Notes: generated from the sequence alone by a model not told the origin. A DNA stretch of 63,685 nt, filler included, from Octopus bimaculoides (GCF_001194135.2; 4 parts of 4 records of this genome joined end to end with filler, not necessarily neighbours in it); one strand, 5' to 3'. Positions 13,960-26,994 are shown, counted from the whole stretch's first letter. Numbers and translations are program-made.

Positions 13960-14620
13960 ATTTAGAATACTACACAATCAAATGAATTACCATAACACTC
14001 AACAACATAAAACCACAAGGGTCTTGCGGAAAACTTGCGCATCAAAAGATAGTAAACAACAATGGAACGGTTGCGAATATGAGCGATAAAATATCCTCCA
14101 TAACAAGAGCGGGTGCAAATAGCGCCATACCATTGGGAGTGCAATCCATACCTAAAGAAAATAAGAACACTGTTGCAGGAAGAAAAGAGAATGTAAGCAC
14201 TAATAATAACTCTGCTTACAAAACCAGAAAAGATAACATAACATGTAACTTTAGACCGAAAAGTCAATATAAATATAATAACAATTGCATGGTAAAGAAC
14301 GTGGTTTACAAATGTGAACTGAAGACGAGTACGGAAAAATTGCGTACATTCATGGTACCAGAGAAAACAAAATACACTGAGCATCATTATCTAACTTCAT
14401 CTGGAGGCTCAAACAGAATGGTGTGGTTCATTCAATCAACCGGTCCATAATAAAAACATTAGACTATCAAATAGAAAATCGCGAATATGTAACTTATGCC
14501 TAGAAGAAACTTTGGAGATGATCACTACCATGGACATCTTAATAAATACGCATTCCTAAGTATTCATATCATGCAAGCATAAGACTAAAGCATCCTTCCT
14601 ATAATTCGAACAGAGTATTA
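13960..14620 (+). mobile_element. Penelope-like element (Neptune-type) GIY-YIG endonuclease region, degenerate
   Basis: CNFRPKSQYKYNNNCMVKNVVYKCE resembles the CNC...CPL..C...VIYKA motif; downstream CNLCLEETLEMI and CKHKTK match the Neptune-type C-terminus. Confidence 0.78.
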
Positions 14621-14741
14621 TGAAACAGAGAAACACTAACCGTCATTAGCATCTAACGGAACAAGAGAAGTGCATCTAAGGGAACTAAAATTAAACGTTC
14701 TTCTCCTATGTCATGTCACACTACCACCAAAAGCTTTAAAG

Positions 14742-16010
14742 CAGGGGTGTCAAACTCACTTTAGTTCACGGGCCACATATCAAACCAATTTGATATTAAG
14801 CGGACTTGACCAGTAAAATTATGGCATAAAAACATAAATAACAATTTCAAAAGTTTTTTTTGGTTTAGTGTGAAAAAGTACATTCTGAAAATGTTCAGGT
14901 TTAAAGAACATCTTTTTTTTGTTTTTTTGCAAAACATTGAACAAGTGAAAGTCGAAACTGTTAAAGAAAACTGAATTATCATACTGCCTTGTAAATGTAT
15001 ACAATTTATAAATCTAAAAAAAAGCATTTGAAAAGCATTTAAAATACTTTTATTATTGTTTATCATTTGTTTTTAATACGTTCCTGAAACTTGTCACCTT
15101 TTCTCTTTCACAAGTGCATCAATATCCGGCGTCAAATCCTGAGTAGAAGCCGATTTCAGTACGTCATTTAGGTGCTTATGTGTGAGCCTTGAACGCAGCT
15201 TTGTTTTATTGATGCTCATTAGAGGGAAAACTTGTTCAGAAAGGTAGATAGTCCTAAACATGCACAAAACCTTCGCAGCAAAGGCTATCAATTTTGGATA
15301 CTCTGGCAAGAGATACGGATAAAATTTGTCCTAGGTTACCTATGTAAATCTGTTCTTCAAATGTGAATTACACTGCAAATTAGTCATTTCACGTTGGTTG
15401 CTGACTGACAGATCAGAGGCATTCACGGTAAATGCGAGCGAAAAACTGTGAAATCTACCTCAAGTTCATCAGAAATCTGAAATCGTTGCTCAAACTTTTG
15501 CAGCAATCCCATGATATTGTTTGTGTACCGATTCATGTCAACATTATCTGCGGTCTCAAACACATCTTCTAGACAAGGAAAATGAGCAGGGTTACTCCCT
15601 GTCAGTTCTGTCTCCCACAAAGTTAGCTTCAAAACACTGTGATAACTTTTATAAGGTCTTGCAGCATTTTATTCAGATTATTCAAGTACTCTGTAATATG
15701 CACGATCAATGCTAAATCTTGCAGTCATCCTGGTGATTGAAATTCTAACACTGGTTTGCACTTTTTTTTCCATGAACTGTTCAATTTCTTCTCGTAGATT
15801 AAACAAATGCTTCAACATGGCATGTCGGCTTAACCACCTTACCTCCCTTACCTCGGTGTGATATGGCAAGCCATAGGTAACGTCTGTATCACTGAAAAGA
15901 GTGTCAAACTGACAGTGATTCAGACCTCTAGTTTGGATGAAATTAACATTTCGCACAACCACTTGCATGACGTGATCCATTTTGAACTCCTCATATTACG
16001 ATTTTTATCA
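14742..16010 (-). mobile_element. hAT DNA transposon (SPIN/Charlie, GTF2IRD2-like transposase), 3' half with one terminal inverted repeat
   Basis: Fragments MDHVMQVVVRNVNFIQTRGLNHCQF...HTEVR..RWLSR, LKLTLWETEL...HFPCL and YPKLIAFAAKVLCMF...EQVF..MSINKTKLRSRLT (hAT dimerisation domain). TIR-like CAGGGGTGTCAAACT at 14742, preceded by ctttaaag (Charlie-type target). I did not find the other TIR. Confidence 0.92.
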
Positions 16011-17409
16011 ACGGATACTACAATAGCGAGTTAATATTGCATGTTCCTAATTTTGCTTAAATATACAGTTTACTTTTTTAATATTATGGTCGTGCAGCCT
16101 ACTTAATAAAGACGCACTTATGCAAATATTCAGTAATCGTATGAAATGATATACGATATATATATATAATAAAATTTGTAATATTTACATGTATACATTC
16201 ATGTGTGAATGTGTGTATGGGGAGATAGGGAAAGAATAGATAAAATGATGAACAGATTAAGAAATAGAGATATAGATATGTAGATATATACATGTGTGTT
16301 TGTTTGAATGTATTTGTGTTTATTAGTGCATAAGTTTGAACAAGTGTGTGTATCTTTGGATCAGTGTACAAATGTATTTCTGTTTATATGTGTGTTTATC
16401 ATCTTCCAGTTGTTTGTGAGGGAAAATATTGTTGTGCATACATCATCATAATTATCACATGATTTGTTGCCGTTTCCAAATAAACATTGTATCATATTCC
16501 AATTAATTTCCTTGGTGACAGATCCAATAATCCCATCTTGTCTATTTTGCCAAAAAAATTGGTCAGTTGGCACATAAAACTAACTGCAGCCGTTTCATAT
16601 AAACAAAATCTGTCTACTCATGTTTGTTTTCTGAAGACTTCATCAAAATAGACACTTGCTACAGTTGATTATTGGAAAATGTTCTGTAAAATTATTGCTG
16701 TGATGAACTGTGGAACGTTTGTTTGCATTTTCAGAGACATTTTCTTATTGTGGCGTTTGTTTTCTTATAATTCAAAATAAATTTGGAAACGTTTCTGCAA
16801 TTTAATTTATTGTTTACAATGAAAGGGGAGTCTGATCCTTAGTTTTAAGTATGTAGAAGCATACATGAAAATATATGTATATTTATGTGATTGTATGAAT
16901 TTGTATTTTATATTCACACCCACATATAAGTACTTTTAAATTATGGCGAATGCATAAAGATTAATCAGTGATCTATAACCCTATAGGTTTCTAATTGATC
17001 TACAAAACAAATAAATTTTTCATAGAGTATATAGGCATGTAACACATCAGAAAATTCTAGTACAGATGCAGATGAAAAAAAATGCTCGAAACAAATAAAA
17101 TATTCATTAAACTGACACCCTGCAAAAGATAGCACTACAGTGCATAATTCTACTTGAATGGACGTTTCAGATTCACAAGATAAGCAACATAGGGAATCAA
17201 TATACAACTTCAAAATTCCAAATGACTAGGAAGTATCATAAACAATTTGTCATATAGAATCTCTAATATTAACTATTCCCTTATAAAAATATTTCACAGA
17301 ATAAAATTTTGCACAAAGAAATTCATAAACAGTCATTGGCAATGAACACACGAAACGAAGAATTGTCAGAAAGCTGTATTGACAGATAGATAGGTAGATA
17401 AATAGATAG

Positions 17410-17440
<31 letters not shown>

Positions 17441-17460
17441 GATGGATAGATAGATATTTA

Positions 17461-17590
17461 GAGGGACGGAGAGAGAGAGGGACGGAGAGACAGAAGGGGC
17501 GGAGAGAGAGAGAGAGGGACGAAGAGAGAGAGAGAGGGACGGAGAGAGAGAGAGGGACGGAGAGAGAGAGGGGCGGAGAGAGAGTGAGGG
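17461..17590. repeat. Purine-rich minisatellite, unit about GAGGGACGGAGAGAGA(GA)
   Basis: About seven imperfect tandem units. Confidence 0.9.
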
Positions 17591-17624
17591 ACATACATAG
17601 ATGTATACATAAACGTTTGGATAA

Positions 17625-17750
17625 AAGACCCCTTCAGTCATGAATAAAGTGTCTTGCTCAAGAACACAGCACACAGCCTGACCCGGGAATCGATTCACTA
17701 CATCATAGTTGTGAGTCCAACGCTCTAATCACTGAGCTATGCACCTTCAT
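17625..17750 (-). mobile_element. Family-C SINE, 5' part
   Basis: aataaagtgtcttgctcaagaacac...ctctaatcactgagctatgcaccttca, homologous to 54715-55062. Confidence 0.8.
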
Positions 17751-18249
17751 AACGTTTGCACACAGGCAACACACACCACATACATACTCACTTATACACA
17801 AAACACATAAAAATGCATATATATCCGCATGTGTGTGCGTGCGTGTATTTGTATGTAAGCGCGTTGTCGCAATGTCTGTCTGTTTGTGGCTACGTGTGTG
17901 TGTGTGTTTGTGAATTTGCTACTTTAACACTTTCGGGATTATCCAGCCGATCTTGAGGAAAGTTGACACGTGTGTAGGGGCTTATGCCTGTGGGGTCACT
18001 TAAAAAAAAAAATTGATAATTTTAAATCAGCATCGATTTTTCAAAAATCAATAGGACATTTCAATGCAAATTCTCATATGGATGTTATTCTCTGCTTTAA
18101 CTTCTAAAATGTTCAACTGATTTTCTTGAAATTTTATACAGAGATGGAATATGCGCAAATGATGTGTTGAGTCAAATAAATTGCTACCTAGGCCACTCAA
18201 GCAAAGCGAAAGATGATTTTTTTTTTATTAACTGGTTAACAAATTTGGC

Positions 18250-19376
18250 CTAAATTGTTGTGAATTTAGAATGTTCATCAGTTATACCAGCATTTTCAGG
18301 TTGCTGTAACATTTTGCCACTTTCTGTGCTAAAATATGTAACATGTATTTTCTTAGTACCTGCACTTAAAATCGTCGGTTCTAACCGTTTCAATTGAAAT
18401 TTGATTCTCACGATCAATGAAACTATACACATGAAACACAGTCGTGAAATTAAGTGCTTGTTCACTTAAAATTTTATCGCGAGTTGCAACAGTATTTGCC
18501 CCAAATTGACGAAAATCGTCATTTTTGTATGGTTTGTTTTTCCTCCTCATAGCATCTTACGACACTTATGACCGCCACGTTGTCGCCTCTGTACTCCAGC
18601 CGTTTTCGTAAGTATAAAATCTCTTTTCTCTAAATAATGTTTTGCTTACTTTTCAAACTTTCCTGTTCTTTTTTTTTTTTTCATAGCGTTCCCTTACAAT
18701 TCCTTTCTTGTTGTTTCCTTTGATTATATATTTGCAGCTTTCCACTCATCTCACCAAACGATTGTCATTTTCCAATTTCACACGTATTATTTGTATTATT
18801 GTTTCGTGAATGAATTTGCTTACGCCTTCTATTATTTGTCCTATGTCTTTATTTCATTCTTTGTCTGAGAAAAATTAGGCATGTTGCTGAATTAGGATAG
18901 CTGCGACCGGCAGAGTTCAGAAAAGAGGCATACAATCTATTTAGTTTTGCTGAATATTCAAATACACGATGTTACTAGACCTCTATGCTACATATTCATG
19001 TAATATAACCGCCCCAAATTTAATAACTTTCTCAAAGCGACCGTGGAAGCTGGAAAAGGGGTTAATTTTTGATATTGGAAATAGTTTAGTGATTCTTTCG
19101 ACAGCGCAAATTTGTGCATATTACAGCGATTGTTTGTCCGTATGTAGGCTCTGGTATCGATGAATATATTTGGGCATTTGCCTCTATGATCTTCAGGGAT
19201 CTTGAATCTGCATCATTTTTTAGTATTTGTAAATTCCTGTTAATCCTGTCTAGACGAATATAAATACTTCTGGCTGATAGTGACACATTATTTGCTATGT
19301 TTTGAGTATGGTGTCTGTTCATGGGTGTCTCTTTAAATTTCCGTTGTCGTATTGGGAGAGAACGTTGATATAACAC
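18250..19376 (-). pseudogene. Unidentified decayed coding relic (long frameshifted protein-like frames)
   Basis: A 96-aa ORF (SLSARSIYIRLDRINRNLQILKNDADSRSLKIIEANAQIYSSIPEPTYGQTIAVIC) continues by frameshift into RITKLFPISKINPFSSFHGRFEKVIKFGAVILHEY and IIEGVSKFIHETIIQIIRVKLENDNRLVR. I recognise no family. Confidence 0.3.
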
Positions 19377-20879
19377 AATTGTGTTTCTTCTTAAAGCAAA
19401 GTTTAATAATCATTGTTGTTATATTGTGTTTCTGGTGTGATGAAATATCTCGTATACGTATATGTGTGAATGCGTTTGTCTGTTTGTGTGTATGAGTGTG
19501 TATGAGTGTGTGTTTGTGTGTGTGTTTAGAATGTTGATTTTTACCAGAAACACAGACGCGTGAGTCCAGCCATACACCCCCACACCTCCCACACACCCAC
19601 ACAAATGTGTGTATGTGTGTGTGTGTTTGTATGTATCACTTTTGATTTTCATTACTATAGTATCTGAATACGTAGTTTGGTTTGTAAGGTTTTGTTACTT
19701 CTGACACGTAGTATACAGAATATTTTCGTTTAGATAACAGAGTATACGTGATAAACCTCGGCACAAATGTTTTTGTTTAAATATTTTCTTTTATACTTGT
19801 GCACCAATATAAAGGAAAACATCTTGACAATAGTAAATCAATAAGATGTTTGCATTCGTTGAATATATGCTGTCTTTAGATATGTATATTCAGTCATAGT
19901 GGTTGTCATTTTTTTATGTTTATAATTATTACTAACATTAGTTAAAGGACATTTCAGTCTTTACCTTTTTAGTTCGTTCCAGTCACTTTGAAATACAACT
20001 AATTATGGAATTGTGGACTGATAACTATATCGTTAATCTCTGTTACATGGTTATCAAAGAAAATTGAACTAGTTCCATTGTGGTCACGAAAGATTTAATG
20101 TGAAATTTTACCAGAGAGTTTGCTATTAATTAATTCTCTATAGGAACTGTCACTCAATTCATTTTTCAATGTTTTACTTCTTTGTAACACTCAAGGTACA
20201 AGAAATGGGACTAAACGTGAACACACTGAGAAAGAAAAAACATATATAGAATGATTTGGAAGCAGTAAAGTAAATTATACATAATGAAATTCACTCTCAT
20301 ATTATTGACAAAGAGAAAAGGGAAGAATCACCTACTTCATTCAATCAGTCGAACTTTAGAAAATTTATTTTCTATTAAAAAATATCTCATGACCCGATAG
20401 TGTTCACGGTCACGTGTTCTTAATTGCCTATGCTTTCTATTTCCTTCAAAGTGTTTATCTATATCATTACATTGACCTTTAAAATGGCCAAGACCTCAAA
20501 TTCTTTACATTACACTACTGAATTTCTAGTGATATTTTCATTCTTTGGAGTGCATATTAAGACAATGTTTTTATTTATGCTTTACTTGTTTACTATATAT
20601 TTGACTCTGTGTTGCTGGCAACAAAAGTCCGTGTACATATGTAGCCGTAGACAGCAAATGTATGCTAATTGCTCCTTTTAATCTATGATAAAAAATATTG
20701 TTTGAAATGCTGGTAACTTTTTCCGTTAAATGTATCAACGGAAGTTAATAGTTGCTATGATCTTTAGAACCTCTCTAATTTTGGCAACAACCTTTCTAAT
20801 GTTTAGTGACATTTCTACCGACTTAACATCTTGTGTTCAAATTCTACCGAGGTCTACTTTGCCATTCATTCATTTTTTG

Positions 20880-23640
20880 GTTAATAAAATAATTATCAGT
20901 TGAATACCGGAGTCGTTGTAATCATCGTACCCTTTTCTTCGAAATTGCTGCCTTATGCCAAAATTCGAAATCAATATCATAAGATGAATGTTTTAAGAAG
21001 TCTAATCGACATACTTAAATTTATAATCGACTTACCAAAATGGTATCAAAATTACGGTTTGGTAGACTTACAAATTTGAAAAAGTATGTTGATTAAGCGC
21101 TTGTGGTGCTATTAAACTGATATCATAACAAACATTATTACTATACGTTTGATCTTTTGCAATGAGGGGTCAATGAACAGTAAATCACGAAAGGAAATTA
21201 CGATGATTATCTTGAACACTAATATTACTTTACAGAAATATTATATCTTTATAGTATTGTGTTAATGAAGATTTCCATTGCAAAGTCATCGTTATAATTA
21301 ATTTTAGATTGTAATATATGTTGGTGTGGCCCATACTATTTAATTATTAATACACGGAGAACGTTTACTTAAATGAATATCACAGCAAAATCTCCTAAAC
21401 AAGACTATACCTCAATCATTCTAAAACTCTTTATAATCATCATATTAACCTCAACTCTTTGAGTTCATTTGGTGACATAAACATATTTTTTAGACTTCAG
21501 TTACAAAGAATGACTGCAAATATTCCATAATATTTCTTGTGAAGATTTAATTCGTTACACATATTTTGCTTCGCTTGCATACGTTGTAAATGCAAGAGTA
21601 TAGAAAAATAAGGATTTTGCTGTGTATCTCAGAAAATACTTTCGATCGCATGTTAAATATTTATAACTATTCAGTAACCATTGCTTTATGATTTCCATTG
21701 ATAGCAATAATTGTTTATGTATTTCATTATTTGTAGGTCAATGAGTTGATGTTATTAGGATACTAAGAATTTAGATCTGTTAATGTTATTTATAATAAAG
21801 TTTCCTTTTATAATACCATCCCTATTTTATATTTCAATGTTTATTTAAAACCACAAAATACTAAAACCACCGTTTCATGGAAGGTGACATGGAATATAAA
21901 ACAAAATAATAATAATATTCTTTTATTTTTATTCATTCATTTGACTGCGGCAATCCTGAATCACCTATTATCCGTCTCTTTAATGAACCTAGCTAGGTTA
22001 CGGGGACGTAAACACACCATCATCGGTTGTCAAGTCATGGTGTGCATATATATATATATGTCAAGTCGTGAGTGTATATATATACATATATGTGTGTATG
22101 CATACATGTATATGTGTATGTGTATAGAAACGCACGTCTTCATACTAGTCGAATTGGAATATAATCAACAACAAATATTCCATAACTTTTTTCGCAAAAG
22201 TATTGAAGTGGCATTAAAAAGAGAGTGATACATAAACATTTATGACTAAATATAATAATGTGTTAAATTTATACATCTGCATATATATTTATATGTCTGT
22301 AGGTCTGTATCAGTGTAAGTTTTATACATGTGTGTATGTATGTACATGTTGGCAGAAGAACCAAGACCATTCAGTATTCTAAAACGAGGCTTGCAATGTC
22401 GTGAGAATGATTGTAAAGATATATATTTTTTTTCAGTTAGAAGCAAGGTTCTGATAAGCTGCTACGCGATAAATTTAATAAAATACAAGATGTGTATTTA
22501 ATAAATACGTGATGAATTATACCGATTACTTATGTTATCTATTGATAATTTCACACTCATCCTCTGAGTTTCGAAATGAAATTGATGATATGTCTCTATC
22601 CATAAATTTGATGGTAGTTGGCGTTTTACTAGATGGCGCCTTCTTTCATTTGGGAAACTTTGTAATAGAACAGAACACCAAAGAAAACACATTATTGACA
22701 CAAATATATATCGAATGAATAGATAGCGGCATTATATTATTGACAAATTTCTGTATGCTCTGTTTAACAAATTTCATGTGAAAGCTCTTGCAAGTTATGC
22801 GCTTCAAGCAACGTATTTCATTGAAAATTTAAATAATTATTCACAACTTTGGAATCGCATATGTAATGAAGCTGATCGAAATAGTATACAGAAATCATTC
22901 GAGTGTATTTGTACTAAACAGTTGGATAGCGATTTAGGACGAAATGTTCCTATTCTCTTGCCTTTGGCAAATTATTCTGGGCATTAGATAAACTTGAGGA
23001 TTCAAATGTTATTGTAGAAGAAATATAGTCTTGCCAATTCTATATCAATAAATTACAAATATGTTGAAAAGAAGAGATCTTTCAAGATGTTCAAGAAACA
23101 ATTTCCTTCACGAAACATTGATATAATTCATGTTGATTCTGCATCTGGAATATTGATACCAAGAATGATAAATTTATACTCAATGGGATCTAAGGAAAAG
23201 GGAAAATCTACGTTAGATAAATCCTTGCAAAGATGAACTGCATTGCTGTTCCGGCTTATCGGGAGTGCTTAACAGCACGAATTATCAATTCCCTTCAAAG
23301 AAGCTATATATTATATATAATGCAATGTGCAAAAGATATCCGATGGAAGTGCATGATGATGTATATAAATGAAATATCAATAAGAACTGTTCATTTACAA
23401 TTTATGCGTTCTGAAATTGAAATCCTAAATATTATCATATTATGCAAGTCATAAATTTTTCCAATGACCTCGTTATAATTGATATCATGTCATATCTTCT
23501 GGAAATATGATAAATAGGTAGTTTTCGGGGTGAATTATATTTACGTGAGTTTGTTCCTCTTCTTAACTCCTCGGCTCTGACAGGAACAGTAAAGTTCTTA
23601 GAAGCGCTGAAGACTGAACATGCTGTGATAATGAGTTAAT
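20880..23640 (+). pseudogene. Heavily decayed coding relic with putative PIF1/RecD-like (SF1B) helicase motifs
   Basis: Stop-interrupted frames: FILNGI*GKGK(S/I) (Walker A-like), IAVP...IINSL (motifs Ia/Ib-like), MYINEISI (Walker B-like, about 53 codons after the GK). Upstream open stretches such as HYIIDKFLYALFNKFHVKALASYALQATYFIENL. The boundaries are uncertain. Confidence 0.4.
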
Positions 23641-23704
23641 CATAACAGTTCATGCTCTCTCAAATTCTTAATTGCATGGGAGTATTTTGAAGATTATATG
23701 TGTG

Positions 23705-23758
<54 letters not shown>

Positions 23759-24360
23759 NNNNNNNNNNNNNNNNNNNNNNNNNNNNNNNNNNNNNNNNNN
23801 NNNNNNNNNNNNNNNNNNNNNNNNNNNNNNNNNNNNNNNNNNNNNNNNNNNNNNNNNNNNNNNNNNNNNNNNNNNNNNNNNNNNNNNNNNNNNNNNNNNN
23901 NNNNNNNNNNNNNNNNNNNNNNNNNNNNNNNNNNNNNNNNNNNNNNNNNNNNNNNNNNNNNNNNNNNNNNNNNNNNNNNNNNNNNNNNNNNNNNNNNNNN
24001 NNNNNNNNNNNNNNNNNNNNNNNNNNNNNNNNNNNNNNNNNNNNNNNNNNNNNNNNNNNNNNNNNNNNNNNNNNNNNNNNNNNNNNNNNNNNNNNNNNNN
24101 NNNNNNNNNNNNNNNNNNNNNNNNNNNNNNNNNNNNNNNNNNNNNNNNNNNNNNNNNNNNNNNNNNNNNNNNNNNNNNNNNNNNNNNNNNNNNNNNNNNN
24201 NNNNNNNNNNNNNNNNNNNNNNNNNNNNNNNNNNNNNNNNNNNNNNNNNNNNNNNNNNNNNNNNNNNNNNNNNNNNNNNNNNNNNNNNNNNNNNNNNNNN
24301 NNNNNNNNNNNNNNNNNNNNNNNNNNNNNNNNNNNNNNNNNNNNNNNNNNNNNNNNNNNN

Positions 24361-24396
<36 letters not shown>

Positions 24397-24399
<3 letters not shown>

Positions 24400-25500
24400 C
24401 GTGTGAGAGGTATTTGAGGACAGTTTTGGTATACAATACAAAAACTACATTTCAGGATAAATAAATAGGTAATTGAATAAACATTTGAAAAATTCGTCTT
24501 CATATTGATTATTTAAGGAAAATAGTCTATGAAGCCATCTTCGGTTGCGATGACTGCTTCACTGAGACACCGAAACCGCTGTTATACTTATATTATATGG
24601 TCTTTATTCATTTCGGACATCACCTGGACAATGGCGGCCTTCAGTGAAGCTAGGGTATTACGAGGATGGCGATTAGTCTCCCTTTCAACAGCGCTCCACA
24701 CATAGTAGTCCAGGGGGTTCAAATGTGGTGAATTTGGAGACCACATATTGGGTGTTAAAGATTACCTGACAACCATTTTTGGGTGTCTAGGGCTTTTCGA
24801 GAAGGTGCTGAGTCTTGTTGAAATACGTATGGTCTTACAGCAATTGTAAGACCCCGTGAAAATGGTGGGGAGGCATCATATGACCTTTCCTACTCACCAC
24901 TCCTAAAACCATCACAGCTGCTGTGCATCACCCTGGGTACTTCGGCAGGATCTGCACATAAACACCTGTTATTTCTTCTGTTAGAGTTTTGATCCTGGTT
25001 TGAGTTTTTTCGTCACAGAAAAAACAGGATATGCTTTCTTCATAAGAGTTCTTCACTTTGTGAAGTAACCATTTAGAACGGATGACACGGTCTTCCCGTG
25101 TCTTTGCAGACACGAATTGACCTTACCTTATTACATATGATTTGTGTTGAATGTCATGATATATCACAGTTCTGATAATCTACTCTGATACCTAAAGTTA
25201 TATAGCAATCGATCTCATTGATCTTCTAGAGTTTTCATCGATAATGTTTTGAACATGTATAAATTCTGTTGTTCTTTTAGTGTCTGATCGTTGTGAATAT
25301 GTTTGATATAGGTGAAATATTACCATCACATGTCTCCAATTGGAACCTTGTGTACAAATGATTTTGCATCATTTAGAAAGTTGATATTTTCTAAATCACT
25401 GAGGTTTGCACATATAGCAACTATGAGTGCATGTCTTTTCATTTCTTTAAATAATATTTGAATTAAAAACGAAATGTCCTCAAATAACCCTCGCAGCCTG
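24397..25500 (-). mobile_element. Tc1/mariner-superfamily element (maT/DD37D-like), internally deleted, both TIRs present, TA-flanked
   Basis: Peptides EMKRHALIVAI..., IRSKWLLHKVKN..FFCDEK, RPYVFQQDSAPS...WSPNSPHLNPLDYYVWSAVE and RFRCLSEAVIATEDGFID. TIR CACCGTGTGAGAGGTATTTGAGGACAGT (24397) versus reverse complement CAGGCTGCGAGGGTTATTTGAGGACATT (ends 25500); TA on both sides. Confidence 0.88.
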
Positions 25501-25502
25501 TA

Positions 25503-25906
25503 TATATTGTTGTATTTCGTGATGGTCATTTTTCCAAATACACACACGCACTATATAATACTTCTTCACTTGTTTATTGCTCTTCGTATTCTAACTCATG
25601 TCCATTGTCCAGAAATTTGTCGTCACACATCTGTGACCTCTTCAGTGATACTTTCTGTCCTCGTGTGTGCTCTTGTTCCACTTAGCCCATTCTCAGTCCA
25701 GAATGGACTAAGCGGAGCAAGAGTACACACGAGGACGAAAATGTCGCTGAGGGGCTCGCAGATGTGTGACGAACGATTTCCGGACAATGGACATTAGTTA
25801 GGATAAGTAGAGTAATGAACGAGGGAAGAACGAATATGTAGTGCGTGCGCTTATTTGGAAAAAAACAAAATAATAATAAAATGAGCATCGCGGAATACTA
25901 CAATAT
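25503..25906. repeat. Long imperfect inverted repeat (foldback), arms of about 190-205 bp with a 6-nt loop
   Basis: Centre CCATTCT-cagtcc-AGAATGG (25687-25706). Arms pair continuously outward, e.g. gtcctcgtgtg/cacacgaggac, cgtcacacatctg/cagatgtgtgacg, atgtccattgtcc/ggacaatggacat. Confidence 0.95.
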
Positions 25907-26994
25907 CTGTTCCAACACACGGTCTCACATTTGGAATCTTGCAACACAAACTCATATATATATATATATAGCATTACGAAAGCAACTGAGTGGATACCTT
26001 AATTATAAATTGTCTTCCAATTACAGTCTTTGAACGCTTCCTTCATAAATTTATCCAAGAGATCTGGAAGTAAAATGAAATGACTGTAATATTGAAAAGT
26101 TATTTAGAGATTACGGCAGAATATGTCTTTAAATCAGTATCTTATAATATAATTATGATAACATATTCAATATTTGTTATTTAATTGTATGTACATTTAG
26201 TCATACTGTAAAAATGTACCCCAGCTAATTGTTTTTTTTTCGAGATGTAACTTCTATTCTCATAAGCACTTTGTACAATGATTTAATTGCTAATAAACCA
26301 TAAGAGCAATTCAATTTTAATTTATGTATCCTTCTACATAGGCTTAATACCTTTACTTCCATGTGAAGCAAAGGGCGCCGACATGGTATATCTATCTGTA
26401 TTGATTCTTCAAATAGGGAATGTAGTTTTCCCCAAGTGTAGCCCACTACATGTGTTTCAGTTTCTGTTGACATTCTCTACGTTGTTTTTAATCTGGCATG
26501 CTTTGGTTCCTCCACCAACTCAGCGTCGATCGTTTTATAACGTTCGAAACATAGTCTATATGTACAGATATTTTAACGTATGTTGTTGTTATTTCACTTT
26601 GCAATTGAAGCATATATTGATTTTTTATAATATTAGGAAAGTATTCTTTGCAGCGCTGTTCTAAGAAAATATGTAAATATGTCGGTGATATATATTGATA
26701 TAAATCAACGACAGCTCTTTGTATGGTGATTAAGTTTCGTTTACGACACTCTGCGGAACTGCTGGTAGAAATATCACTTTATATTTGCCAAATTAATCTT
26801 TTACACTTCGAAAGGGAGTCACTCTAAAGTTTTTATGCAAACGTTATTGTCGGTTATTCATTTTTTGTTTGTTTTTTGGTCCCTTTTATCTCCTATTGTG
26901 TTTGGGTGCAATGCGCCCACAGTAGGCTTTGATTCGCCTTTTGTGGCGTTTCATTCTTCTAATGCATTCATATCATTTTCGTTAGTGTCTTTCT

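Noticed and set aside
24540-24590. Hammerhead-like gcgatga...gaaaccg on the plus strand
   Set aside because: It is the antisense of the Tc1/maT transposase C-terminus (RFRCLSEAVIATEDGF), and no stem I forms.
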